Both the position numbers and the translations under genes were made by a program. Source: Polymyxa betae A26-41 (taxonomy: Eukaryota > Protista > Endomyxa: Phytomyxea). Taken from it: 39,892 nt of DNA. Within the stretch, counting starts at the first letter, position 1. Every line of letters starts with the position of its first letter. Location: contig RBZT01000474.1 in assembly GCA_003693705.1 (NCBI GenBank), positions 1 to 39,892 of the forward strand, written 5' to 3'. The notes under the pieces were generated by a model. The model had not been told where the DNA came from. It was given only the letters and a program-made list of their open reading frames with translations, and ran no database searches. This document shows, in pieces, positions 1 to 11,129 of the stretch.

Positions 1-334
1 CTTGTCGTAATTCCTAAGGTTAACAACTTATATCCGATCATCTGGGATTATGTAAAACCGTCTACATGTATCACTGCAGCTTCTGCAATTTCTGACAAAC
101 AACTTTTGCATGAATGTCTTGGACATCCGTTGAAAGAAGCACCGGCAGATGACGGTTTAGGATTGTGTACGGGATGTGTGCTAGGGAAGTTTTCAAGGGC
201 TCCGTTCAAAGGGAAATGGACAGCAGAAAAGAGCAGCCAGATTCATTCCATACTGATTTGATGGGTCCATTTCCGGTTCCAAGTTTGGGAGGTTCACGTT
301 TCGTACAAGTCTTTATTAAGACGACTGACCGAAA

Positions 335-910
335 TTGCCGGGCACAAAGACATCCTACTGTGTTTTTCTCAAAAGAAAGTCGGAGGCGCTTCAAAACTTG
401 AAAACTTTGAATAATCGTCATAAGAATCAAACAGGTCATCCAATAGGCCATATACATTCTGATAACGAAGCTGTTCTTGTTTCTAAAGAGATAACGAAGT
501 ATTGCCAAGAGGAAGGGATCACGCAAAGCACCAGCGCCCCATATACTCCTCAACAAAATCCGTTTGCCGAGCGTTCTAATCGTACTATTTTAGAATCTGC
601 TGAATGTATGCGATTGGGAGCAGGAGCACCACGACGATTTTGGGCAGAGGCCTTGAATGCAGCTACTTACGTTCATGAGTTAAGAATCCATTCATCATTG
701 AAGATGTCACCATTCGAACGTAGATTTGGTATCAAGCCGTGCACAGAAAATTTACGTCGATGGGGCTGCCGTGTTTGGTTTCCGCAACGGGACTGGTCGA
801 AACTTCAACCGAAACGGATTCCTGGCATTATGATGGGGTATTCAAGACGGTCCAGAGGTTCATACAGAATTTTTGATCCCGCAAAAGGTCAGATCGTTGT
901 CGTAAGGTAA
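335..910 (+). pseudogene. Copia integrase core fragment
   Basis: HSDNEA and TSAPYTPQQNPFAERSNRTILE; frameshifted relative to the 165-401 piece; premature stop. Confidence 0.9.
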
Positions 911-1378
911 AATGAAGCCGTTTTTGACCAGAACTGTTTACCATTTCGTGATTTACCCGAAAGAGAACGTGATGAAGAAATTTTAAAAATTATCATTGGC
1001 GATGATGAACTGGCTTTATCGAATAATGATCAAGATGACGAGGAGCCAAATCGAGGTTCGGATTCAATCTTCGAACCAAGGTCTCTACCTGTTTCTCGGG
1101 ATCCCGAATCAGAGCTGCGGCGTTCATCTCGTATTCGCTCGGCACCGGACCGATACGATCCTGGTAAAGACAATTCTGCACATACTGCAACGGTGAGCTT
1201 ATGCAGTTCGGAGTGTGATGTCGAACGGACAAATCGAGCAAATGCTGTAGCTTTGGAAGATTTGGCGAAGGATAATGTGATTTGGAGCGAAATTTTTCAT
1301 CGGAACTTAAAGGAAAGCTCCAATATTCTATGGGGCTTCAATACTGAACATGCAGAATTATAGATTCCTGTTGATGTT

Positions 1379-2866
1379 TTGGCTACTGATGTTCCAATTC
1401 CGAACTCATGGAACGAGGCGGTGAATGATGCCAAATGGGGCAAATTTTGGAATGTCGCTGCTCAGAAAGAGTATTCACAATTATTGAAGAATCAAAATTG
1501 GCGACTATCACCGAGACCAGAACACTGCAAGGCTATTGATTGTAAATGGGTTTTCCAAGTGAAATCAAATGACGATGGTTCAATCAAGAAATTCAAATGT
1601 CGTCTTGTGATCAAAGGATTTTCTCAGCGTCCCGGCGTTGATTATACAGAAACTTTTGCACCAGTCGCCCATAGCTCAACGCAACGCATTTTGCTCGCCT
1701 TCGTGGCAAATAATCAAGGATATAGAATACGACAAGCTGATATTATTGGGGCATTTTTGAAGGGTGACATAGATGCTGAAATATACATGTTGCAGCCGCC
1801 CGGTTTCGAAGAATCTGCACTGGCTGATCATGTCTGTCACTTAATGAAAGGCCTTTATGGCTTGAAACAGGCAGGACATATTTTCAACAAGAAGCTGAAC
1901 CGATTGCTGGTGAGCTCTTTGCATTTCAAGCGTTCAGAGGCAGATCCTTGTCTTTATTATAAGCAATCAACGTCAGGTCGGATTCTTCTCTTATCGTTAC
2001 ATGTGGACGATCAGACATTCGCCTATCACGAAGAGGATCGAGAAGAAGCTAATCAAATTGTTAATAGTCTGGACAAAGAGTTTGGTATTGAAGATTTAAG
2101 GGAAAATCCAACTCAAATTCTTGGCGTTCGCGTGAGACATGACGTAGCAAGCGGAAGTATACGGCTTGATCAAGAGACCTTCATCCAAGAGATTCTCAAA
2201 CGATTCAAAATGGAAAATTGTAATGCGGTGGATACGCCACATCAGCCAGGCATGCACTTGAGCAAAGCAATGTGTCCAGTATCTGAGGACGACAAGCTTC
2301 AAATGAAATCTGTTTCGTATGCTCAACTGGTTGGCGCTTTACGGTATATTGCTGACAAAACCCGCCCGGAAATCGCGTGTCAAGTTGGCGTCCTCGGTAG
2401 ATTCCTCAGTAACACAGGAAAACAACATTGGCATGCAGCCCAACGAGTATTAAAGTACCTCAAAGGAACTGCAACGTATGGATTAGAATATTCACGAAAT
2501 CCAGAGCAAGATTCCATGATAGAAGCTTGGCAAGACGCTGATTTTGCTGGCGAGCCAGGATTTCATCGAAGTACGAGCGCTTTCATATTTAAAATGGCGA
2601 ACGCTGCAGTCTCCTGGTCAAGCAGGCTACAGAAGAATGACGTCGCTCTTTCATCTTTAGAATCGGATTATATATCTCAGTGCCGTGCGTCACAAGAAGC
2701 GACTTCCCTAAAACGTCTTATATCGGAGATTTATCCAAACAAAACGATCGGACCTCTTGAGATTAATGGCGATAACCAAGGGAGTCAAACAGTAGCAAAG
2801 AATTGGAGAACAGATGTTCGAACAAAACATTACTGTGAAATATCACTATACCAGATTCAAAATTGA
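1379..2866 (+). CDS. Copia reverse transcriptase/RNase H, part of a broken pol (RNase H tail frameshifted to about 2990)
   Basis: RVT_2-type motifs CKWVF, DYTETFAPV, EIYMLQPPGF, HVDD, TRPEI and VLKYLKGT. Confidence 0.93.
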   Translation: MATDVPIPNSWNEAVNDAKWGKFWNVAAQKEYSQLLKNQNWRLSPRPEHCKAIDCKWVFQVKSNDDGSIKKFKCRLVIKGFSQRPGVDYTETFAPVAHSSTQRILLAFVANNQGYRIRQADIIGAFLKGDIDAEIYMLQPPGFEESALADHVCHLMKGLYGLKQAGHIFNKKLNRLLVSSLHFKRSEADPCLYYKQSTSGRILLLSLHVDDQTFAYHEEDREEANQIVNSLDKEFGIEDLRENPTQILGVRVRHDVASGSIRLDQETFIQEILKRFKMENCNAVDTPHQPGMHLSKAMCPVSEDDKLQMKSVSYAQLVGALRYIADKTRPEIACQVGVLGRFLSNTGKQHWHAAQRVLKYLKGTATYGLEYSRNPEQDSMIEAWQDADFAGEPGFHRSTSAFIFKMANAAVSWSSRLQKNDVALSSLESDYISQCRASQEATSLKRLISEIYPNKTIGPLEINGDNQGSQTVAKNWRTDVRTKHYCEISLYQIQN

Positions 2867-3015
2867 CGACGGTACTATTAGATTGAAATTTGCTCTACGA
2901 AACGGATAATCGCAGACTCATTGACGAAACCAATTGATCGTAAGAAGTTCGAATGGTGTCGAGAAAACATGGGTATCAAGATCGTAATGTAGTACCACTC
3001 CATCTTGGGGAGGCG

Positions 3016-3175
3016 TGTTGAGCGATACACAAGTCAGGAGTGGTTACGGACTATTTCGTTACAAGATCTGAATGAGACAGGAGCAGCCCTCCTGCAAGTC
3101 ATCGCGGCGGAGCCTCATGACATCATTAATATCTCCTATATAAACACACTCTCAATTGTTGTCGTGGATTTAACA
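3016..3175 (+). repeat. 3' LTR of Copia A (160 bp)
   Basis: PPT GGGGAGGCG (3007-3015) followed by TGTTGA...TTAACA; TATATAAA at 3137-3144. The partner LTR is not in the window. Confidence 0.75.
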
Positions 3176-3443
3176 GTTGGTGAAGTAACGGAACCTCTAC
3201 ATTAGTGGGATTGCGAATTCGACGGGGAAGACATTCGTATTTCGCATGACCACCAGAAGTACCGAGATGTGCTTTATTGATCACACCGCAATTGTAGGTT
3301 TTCGGGGCCGAATGAAAAATCGATGTCATTGGCTGAAATACCAGCTGTGATAGCAAGTTTCTGAGGTCGTGTATGATGCTGGACCGGTGTATTCACACCA
3401 AGAAGCAAGATCATTAGGTCGAGCTGCTGTTCAAGCAGCCCCT

Positions 3444-4083
3444 GGAAGGCTACCAAAAATCACGCAAACGCAATTTATGTCACGACACAAATGTGACACA
3501 AATGGGAACACAAACGTGACACAAACGTGACACAAACGTTGGTGAGACGTAAGCGTCTCACCAGATTTTGTGTCATGGCACAAATAAAGTCTACGCCACG
3601 GACCTCCCCACAGCCATTAAATTGCAGGGTCTTTTGTTTACTTCGTAGTCTAGACTGTGGTTCTTGTCGATTTCTTCGTTTCATCTCGAGATCAGACCCA
3701 TGGCTCCTGTTGACAAGAACGCCAAAAAGGGCAAAACCTTCAAAAGCCCCAAATTTTATCAGTAACATGATTTTTTGTTGAAAATCGGTAAACAAGATCA
3801 ATCGGCGTCTGCGAAGCCTCTGAATTGCTCCGGAATCAACATGGCAAATAGCTGCATCATCTGCAGATGCTTCATGATTGACACGGAGCCAGAGTTTTCT
3901 ACTTTTTTATTAATTTTTTATAAAGAATTCTAATAGAACTGAGAAATGCTTGTGTCATTATTGGTGGACTGTTTTGCGCACAAAGCTCGCACAAACTTGA
4001 CACAAACGATGACACAAACTCGACATAAATTCTCATTTGTGTCGTGACATAAATTGCGTTTGCGCGATTTTTGGTAGCCTTCC
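3444..4083. mobile_element. Non-autonomous DNA transposon (MITE-like), 640 bp, 53-bp TIRs
   Basis: 3444-3496 is the reverse complement of 4031-4083 with 2 mismatches. Flanked by CCT/CCT, or CCCTG/CCCTG if each end is one base further in. Subterminal GACACAAA arrays. Confidence 0.9.
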
Positions 4084-4768
4084 CCTGCACAAGAGGAAAA
4101 TGTGTCGCTACATCATCTAATAATGGCGTAACAATCCGAATTAACAAAACAAAAAAACCCCATTGCCACGAATCAAAAATGTAAGATTTCTTACATTCTC
4201 ACTGGAGGCTAGCGAACAATTCAAAAGTGGTTTTTACTCCCATTAAAAAAAAACGTGTTTTATTGGGATGAATGTAAAATGTAATCGATTACAATTTAAA
4301 GTATGGTTTGTTCGTTCCAAACCTAACAAGGAACAACCACGTTCATCAAACGTTGTTTGGAGACATACTTAAAAGTTGAGCAGGATAATAAACTGTATTA
4401 ACTAGAATGGTATGCCAAGAACAAGGGAAGGATTGTGCATCGGAAAAAGTTGAAGCGAGACCAAAACCTGATAAAGCAGTTAAACAAGCTCATAGAGCCT
4501 GGTTGAAGTGAGGGCGATCTACTTTTCCAAGGCCAAAACCGTAATTTCCATAAACTACAGGTTTTCATAAACTACAGGTTTTACGGTCCTACCTAGCCGC
4601 ATTTTTCGATTTCTCACAGTCTTCCGAGCCAAACACTCCCTTCAAAAATGTTTAGAGATTATTTATTTTCTGATAGAGGCTAATCAGACTAGATTATGTA
4701 TGGGCGTGATAGCCCGATTGTCCTGGTAGTCCCGAATCTCAGTAGTTTTCGTTGTTGATTTGACGAAA

Positions 4769-5517
4769 ATGTCGTTCACCAGTGGTTCATTTGCGGCTCA
4801 AGCACAACGTATTCTGGATCAGGAAGAGCAGTTGACCCGCCGCAATACAAAGATCGCGTATGATAGGAAAGGCAAAGAATTCCTTTCTTTTTGCAATGCT
4901 GTGTATTCCCATCATGATATTCCCACGACAGTGACCGAAGAGAATTTTTTGGATTCCTCTATTATCAGGCGTATAGGCCATGTCGAAAGCGTGGTCGCAA
5001 ACGTCAAAATAACTCCCAAATTCATTTCAATGTTGACGAATTTGAATCTGTTCTTAACCAAGAAAACATTTCTGAGAAGCCAGTTGCGTATGATGTTGTA
5101 AATCAATATTTATGTTCTATACTTAAAATATGGAAAAAACAAGTCGACATGAATGCGAATAATTTGAGCAGAGAGCACATTCGATCTGAAAGAGTGCAAC
5201 GATTGCTCATGACTGTTAAGACTCGAAAGAAAACGGTAGTACGCTTAAATTTCGAGGGGAAATTACAGTCCGATTTTTTGCCATATTTACTTGTGAAAAA
5301 AGTCCCTGTTATTGAACAAGAATTGTTTCAACGCAACGCATTTTCGAAAAAATTCTGTTAAGGCGCTCTCCGAGACAGATTTTGTTTTCTGATGACCAAT
5401 GGCGGAATTCTTCGAGGGGACAGTCTATTTAATTGCGAGCTTTCCGATTTGTGTGATATTGTTAAAGAAGATAAAGACCCACATAAATGTCAAATTTATG
5501 TGATGCGAATAGCTGTG
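4769..5517 (+). pseudogene. CryptonF/NDC10-like tyrosine recombinase, N-terminal piece
   Basis: Stitched translation ...FGFLYYQAYR...ALRDRFCFLMTNGGILRGDSLFNCELSDL...YVMRIA; the R of LRGDS is the expected first catalytic Arg. Ends at LTR C. Confidence 0.8.
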
Positions 5518-5559
5518 TGTTAGGGTCTGGTCCAGTATGATACGGTTGGTGTCGAAGTC

Positions 5560-5831
5560 TGTGACAACTTTCGAAGAAACGTCCAACAAGACAAATTCAA
5601 ACCGCCAAAAGGCAGCACGAGCGACTCGAGACACGAACAATTGGAGGAAAAAACGAAGACTGTGTATTCAAAGAAAAGGCCGTCACGGCACTGTGGATTC
5701 AGGATCGGGACGACGCATTAGGGGAAGGACCGATAGTTCAGGATCAGGAAAGAGAGGAAAGAGAGAGAAATTTTCATACAAATAAAGAAGCGCAGTTCTG
5801 ACGCAAGAGTTTGGAAGAAAAGTGCGTCACA
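5560..5831 (-). repeat. 3' LTR of B
   Basis: Direct repeat of 10858-11129, adjacent to the PPT. Confidence 0.97.
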
Positions 5832-7029
5832 TCTCCCTCTCTCGATAAAGAAGTCCGAGGAGCTCGGGAGCCTCAGGAATCGCAGAGGACTTAAGTAACT
5901 GCTTGATGTAAACTGGAATATCGCGTCTTAAAGATGCAAAAGTCTCCCAAGAATCATATTCTTCAGAGAGGCCACGCCAGCGGATTAAGAGCTTCCAAAT
6001 ACGCTTGTCCTTCTTGGCGTCTAAGATGGATTCGACTTCATAGCCAGTATCGTCAAATGCAATCTGGTCACGAAGACTCTGGGTCACATTCAAAGAAGAG
6101 TCAGAATAAAATCGTAAACGCTGTGCATGGCATTCGAAAACTTCGCGGGTGATAAGATTTTCAATCAAGTAGATATGATCGGAACGACACTCAACGACGC
6201 GAGCAGGGCCTCGCCAAGAAAAGGAAAGTTTCGGCTTCGAGACATGAGAAGAATATAGTGCAAAATCACCAACAGTGAAGTTCGCAAGCGGGGCGCGGCG
6301 TCGGCGATTTGCGCGAAGGTGCGCAGCGTTGCGCACATCAAGCGTATGCCGATGCATCTCAGCTAAAGAAGTCTTCAGGTCAGACAGCATACTATCCAGC
6401 TTGCTTTGCGGCAATGGAACTGTAACAAATTCAGATTTTAAAGGATGCCAGACAGTGTCTAGCGCAGAGCTGGGTGGAAGGCCAGTCATTAATTCAACCG
6501 GAGCGTATTTTGTGTTAGGCGAAATAGAATTGTTTAAAGCGAAACGAACCAAAGAAATACAAAACGGCCAATCTTTAAATTCGATGCGAAACTCAGAGCA
6601 TAACGAACGGAAAACTGACAAAATTTGCCGGTTAAGGATCTCGATAGCGCCATGAGTCCAGGGGCAGTTCGCAATATGAAAGTAGTGTTGCGAACCTAAA
6701 ATTGAAGAGAGTTCCGCAATCGTCTGATTTAGGAAGTGTGTACCGCGATCGCTGACCCAAGTTGGCGCAATACCGAAGCGGGAGAACCAGTCGAGGAGGC
6801 ATTCCGCCGTATGCCGAGCGGTGGGAGATGATGCAGGGAAAAGGTCGCAGAAACCTGACAAACGATCGCGGATAACAAGAAGATATGCATTACCGTCACG
6901 GGCAGGTTGCAAATAAAGATAATCGAAATCAATAATTTCATTTCGAAATCGAGGTTCAATACTAGCTCCGAAAGGTCGAGGCACGGTATCGCCTCCACGG
7001 TTCGGAAGACAGTGAAGACACTGTTTCAA
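5827..7029 (-). CDS. Integrase plus chromodomain of B
   Basis: DFDYLYL, WVSDRGTHF and HGAIEILNRQ (DDE core); GPARVV (GPY/F module); LLIRWRGLSEEYDSWE (chromodomain). Confidence 0.93.
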   Translation of the reverse strand: MKQCLHCLPNRGGDTVPRPFGASIEPRFRNEIIDFDYLYLQPARDGNAYLLVIRDRLSGFCDLFPASSPTARHTAECLLDWFSRFGIAPTWVSDRGTHFLNQTIAELSSILGSQHYFHIANCPWTHGAIEILNRQILSVFRSLCSEFRIEFKDWPFCISLVRFALNNSISPNTKYAPVELMTGLPPSSALDTVWHPLKSEFVTVPLPQSKLDSMLSDLKTSLAEMHRHTLDVRNAAHLRANRRRRAPLANFTVGDFALYSSHVSKPKLSFSWRGPARVVECRSDHIYLIENLITREVFECHAQRLRFYSDSSLNVTQSLRDQIAFDDTGYEVESILDAKKDKRIWKLLIRWRGLSEEYDSWETFASLRRDIPVYIKQLLKSSAIPEAPELLGLLYREREM

Positions 7030-8684
7030 AAAATGTCAAGATCAGCGCGCATACTGGACCAAAAGAAACGGGAAGAAAGGGCCTCGGAGGTAGCCACTGT
7101 CCCTCGATGTCCGCTGACTCCGCAATGCGCGATGATCATAAGGCGAAGCTGCAGGTCAGAAGCACCGTCAGGGATCCAAATGACGCCGGAATCGGTGGCG
7201 AAAACTCCAGAATCTTTCAATATAAAACGCAAAGGACCATGGCTAAAACCTGCGGAGTCCGGAGACTCAGCTTGCTGAGCGCTTATTGTATGTTCAGGTG
7301 CGGGAAAACAAAAGTCCAGAGACTGGAGGGGCTGCACAATCCCATGAGAAAATAAAACACGCCGGACAACGGAAGAATTGGAGCGTGGCGCAGCCCACCG
7401 AGTTAACATGTCGGCCCAGACGTTAAGATGACCGGGGATATGTTCGATAACGTAATTCAAACTACTTAATCGCAGACTCCAACGATGAAGCTTATCAATA
7501 GAATGTCGTTTAAGAGGAAGAGAAGAAGATTCAGGATCAAAAATAAAAGTTAAATTCCGATGATCTGTAAAAATGCGGAAAGGTCGATCGCACAGCAAAA
7601 GATAGTCAAAACGATCAATGGCTTCGATAATACCGTAGTCCTCCTTTTCCGGAACAGACCAGCGTAAAGAGGCGCCAGTGAAAGGCTTGCTATAAAACAC
7701 CAGTGGCTCGTGGAACTGATCCGAAATAGGTTTCGAAAGCTCCGAAAGAGATACCTGAGTGATGATAACCGAACAAAAATCCCCAGAAGAATCATGGAAA
7801 ACACAACGTTCCAGATCGCCACGTGGGTGAGAAAGGGAAACGCAATGATCTAACGCAGAGAGCATATGCTGAAAAGATTGTGAGACAGACTGAGTCCAGA
7901 GCTCTTCAGCAATACTGATGCGACGGGCTGAAGCTTTCGAACGATCCTTGCTCTGCTTAAGTAAACTGTCAAGCAAAGTGCGCAACGGGTTAATAAGTCG
8001 CGCAAAATCAGGAATGTGCGGGCTCAGCCACGTACATGCGCAGACAAACTGCATCAAATCGCCAGCAGTGCGAGGCTGCGCCATGGAACGTAATGCTGCA
8101 GTACGAGCAGGGTCATGGTTCCAGCCACCACGAAAATAAATCTTCCCGCACCATTTAGCTTCGAGTAGAAAAAACTTGCATCGAGCCACATTCAGTTTCA
8201 GTCGAAACTTCCGACATAGCCCGAAAACAGTACGAAGTGGTCGAAGCAGAAACTCGGAGTCCGGGGCGTGACCCAGTAAGTCATCAATCCAGATCAAAAG
8301 CTCGCGAGGCGACCAATCAGATCGAAAAATAGTGTCCATAGCACTTTGAAAAATAAATACAGAATATAAATTACCCTGTGGTAATCTGGTAGGAGTAAAA
8401 ATGCCGATCGGGGTTGACATAGATTGACTTTCAACATCTCCAGCAATTGGAATCTGCCAGAAGCCCTTGAACGCATCAAGTGTGAAGAACACTGCGGACT
8501 CCGAAAGATACTCGCCGAGCGACAGCAGGTGTGGCATCGGGTGAGAGAGGCGGCGCATCATAGAGTTCGGAACGCGCAAATCACAAACCGAACGTAAGGA
8601 GCGTTTCGGACCAGGCGTAGGAACGCAAAACGCTGGGGAGGCCCAGCGAGAGTTAGGGCTAAGAAAACCGTAACCAAACTGCAC
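7026..8684 (-). CDS. RT-RNase H and integrase Zn-finger start of B
   Basis: SRWASPA, LDAFKGFWQ, PTRLPQG, WIDD, FTDHRNL, NVWADMLTRW. Confidence 0.93.
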   Translation of the reverse strand: MQFGYGFLSPNSRWASPAFCVPTPGPKRSLRSVCDLRVPNSMMRRLSHPMPHLLSLGEYLSESAVFFTLDAFKGFWQIPIAGDVESQSMSTPIGIFTPTRLPQGNLYSVFIFQSAMDTIFRSDWSPRELLIWIDDLLGHAPDSEFLLRPLRTVFGLCRKFRLKLNVARCKFFLLEAKWCGKIYFRGGWNHDPARTAALRSMAQPRTAGDLMQFVCACTWLSPHIPDFARLINPLRTLLDSLLKQSKDRSKASARRISIAEELWTQSVSQSFQHMLSALDHCVSLSHPRGDLERCVFHDSSGDFCSVIITQVSLSELSKPISDQFHEPLVFYSKPFTGASLRWSVPEKEDYGIIEAIDRFDYLLLCDRPFRIFTDHRNLTFIFDPESSSLPLKRHSIDKLHRWSLRLSSLNYVIEHIPGHLNVWADMLTRWAAPRSNSSVVRRVLFSHGIVQPLQSLDFCFPAPEHTISAQQAESPDSAGFSHGPLRFILKDSGVFATDSGVIWIPDGASDLQLRLMIIAHCGVSGHRGTVATSEALSSRFFWSSMRADLDIF

Positions 8685-8756
8685 TAACTGGGAAAAATGT
8701 TGGGATCAAATTCAGAGTAAAGGGGAGGCATTGAACGTGGCTTACACAAAGTAGGC

Positions 8757-10557
8757 TTAAACGTCCGGTAACAATTGAAGAAGTGCAGGTACTATGTCAA
8801 CTGGAGGGTCAGGACCTAATTGGACCCGAAAAATGTCCACAAAATCAAAAAGTAGTTTCTTGAGTTCGTGGACGAACGAAGCAGGAGCGTGGGACGCAGC
8901 GGCTGATAGGGCCTCCTGTAACGCCTCAACAACTGCGGAGTGATCGAGATCACCAAAAGGGAAATGTTCGAAATCACGATCATCAAAAGGAGATTCAGCA
9001 GGAATAGGGACATCAGAGTTGACAGCAAGGTCGCACAGCTGTCGCTCCACATCAATACCTAAAGAAAGTAGGAGTGGACGACCCAACAAAATGTCCGGAA
9101 TAGCGATATCAGCAATAAAGACTTCCTGATTACGGGCAATGACAAGACCAGCGGAAGTCTGCAGATGTAAATCTACATAAATAGCCTTAATGGCGATACC
9201 GACGAGCCATCCGCTAAGTTGAATTTCATATGAACGGGTTTAGAAGAAATTCCATCAGATTCAAGAACTTCCCAGATATTCGAACCCATAAGTGTGTTGT
9301 CAGCACCGTCATCTAAAGCGGCCGAAAAAACAATTTTTTTTCCCAAACATTCAGTTGAACAGAATGTAAACGTGTAAAAGAATCCAAAAATCGATTGGAA
9401 ACATCCTGGCCAGAACTGACTTTGTTGACTTGAGTTGGTTGGATAGCATCATTTTCAGTGGTTGAACCTGACCTAAGAGGTTCAGAAGAGACGACTTCCA
9501 CATACGATGTGACGTGAGGTTTTGTCCAGAAATCATCCGCGTCGTCGCCGTTCTTGGATGAAACAGTGGAAACGCGAAACGCACGTGATTCCGTTTTAAA
9601 GCCAGCGTGGACAGAAGCAGGGGGGTCATTTCGCAAGGTGCCCGAGAGTGTGCCTTAGAAGACTCCGTGGGAGACAGGAAAGACCGCTGAGCGGTAGCCG
9701 ACCTCGCAGGAGTCTGCGGGGTTGCACGCTCAGACGAAGAGCTAGGGCCCAAGGAAGGAGTAGTTGCCTGCGCGCGGTTGCGCGCTGAAAACTCCGCCAT
9801 GAGGCGTTTGGCCTCCTCGGGTGTACACCGTGGGCAATCCAAAACATGGTGGGCCTCCTGACAGTGGAAGCAACGTATAGGTCGTGACTGACGAACAGCA
9901 AGAGCCGGAGGTCGGGAGGGCGGAGGATGTTGGGCCGGTACGGCCGATACAGGATTAAAAAGTCGAAAGTCTCGACCATAAACTTGAAAAACTTGGGCAA
10001 ATCTGAACGACAATCTATTTTATCCAGGTTGAGCCGATTACGTAAAGAATCACGCAGAACATCAGGTTAAACGGCCGAAATAATGGCGTCAATTTGTTTG
10101 ATGCGCAGATCTACGTGTGTATCAAAAATTGCAGAAAGTCCGTAAGACTCGATGATGGTATTGCATTGTCCAAAAATATCATGAACACTACGCAACGCGT
10201 CATCGTGATGTACGAACCGAATCGATCGAAATAGCTGCTTGATATCGACCGGGACAGCAACGACTTCAGAAACATGAGAAGATAGATGAGTCAGCAGCTC
10301 ATCGTCAGAGATAGAAGCGATTTTCGACTTCGGGATTCCGATATCATAAACACAAATTGTCGGAAGCAATGAATGATCGATGCAATCACGCAATGGTGTG
10401 GGTTCATAGCGGGTCGTAGTTTCAGAAGAAAGCGAAGAATTCAGACGAACGACGTCCTGTTTGTACTGGTTCCAGTTGGAGATGAATGATATATAGAAAG
10501 CCGATCATACTCAGATAATTTCGGAGAATTGATGAGTGTAAATTGAACCGGATTCAT
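8757..10557 (-). pseudogene. gag and protease of B (frameshifted)
   Basis: ATG at 10557; CFHCQEAHHVLDC knuckle; protease-like AALDDGADNTLM near 9290-9322; LLGRPLL motif. Confidence 0.8.
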
Positions 10558-10857
10558 GATGTGGAATATCAGGATGATAAATGTTTAAATTTTAAAGAAT
10601 CAAAAAATCTCGAAATTTTACAAAAAAAAAAAGATTTTTTACGTTACCATTACACAGTAACGGGACCAGAAAAAACGAAGAAAGGAAAAGTAAAGTATGT
10701 TACACGGAGTGTAAAAACCGCGTAGAATGAGAGAGGAAACGGAAAGAATTCCAGTAAAATATTGAAACTGACTAGGGATATTAATTATTATCTGTTACCT
10801 GAGAGCGGCAACAGTTAACTCCAGAGACGTTCGACAAAGAAACGTCGTATAGGCCTA

Positions 10858-11129
10858 TGTGACAACTTTCGAAGAAACGTCCAACAAGACAGACTCAAAC
10901 CGCCAAAAGGCAGCACGAGCGACTCGAGACACGAACAATTGGAGGAAAAAACGAAGACTGTGTATTCAAAGATAAGGCCGTCACGGCACTGTGGATTCAG
11001 GATCGGGTCGACGCATTAGGGGAAGGACCGATAGTTCAGGATCAGGAAAGAGAGGAAAGAGAGAGAAATTTTCATACAAATAAAGAAGCGCAGTTCTGAC
11101 GCAAGCGTTTGGAAGAAAAGTGCGTCACA
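10858..11129 (-). repeat. 5' LTR of B
   Basis: Direct repeat of 5560-5831, followed by the AAGTC TSD. Confidence 0.97.

Larger units (their letters stand above)
1..3175 (+). mobile_element. Ty1/Copia LTR retrotransposon A, 3' part (GAG-pre-integrase, integrase, RT, RNase H, PPT, 3' LTR); decayed, 5' end outside the window
   Basis: Integrase motifs HTDLMGP, HSDN and YTPQQNPFAERSNRT (165-910). RT with KCRLVIKGFSQRPGVDY, LYGLKQA and HVDD plus RNase H DADFAG (1379-2866). The INT-RT-RH order is Copia. Frameshifts and stops are present. Confidence 0.95.
5560..11129 (-). mobile_element. Full-length Gypsy LTR retrotransposon B with chromodomain, inserted into the 3' LTR of C
   Basis: 272-bp LTRs 5560-5831 and 10858-11129 (TGTGAC...GTCACA, 5 substitutions). 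5-bp TSD AAGTC (5555-5559, 11130-11134). PPT 5832-5843. gag-PR-RT-RH-INT-CHD on the minus strand, with frameshifts. Confidence 0.97.

Noticed and set aside
3484-3540. CRISPR-like array of GACACAAA repeats
   Set aside because: The period is 11 bp with no spacers, it lies inside a TIR element, and the context is eukaryotic with no cas genes.
3176-4200. Cys-rich relic flanking the 640-bp element (possible Ginger-like integrase tail)
   Set aside because: Multiple stops and only a vague Cys pattern; cannot be supported without a search.
5537-5785. Short basic ORF, and similar ORFs 21227-21520 and 26806-27093
   Set aside because: They lie within LTRs and are chance open frames.
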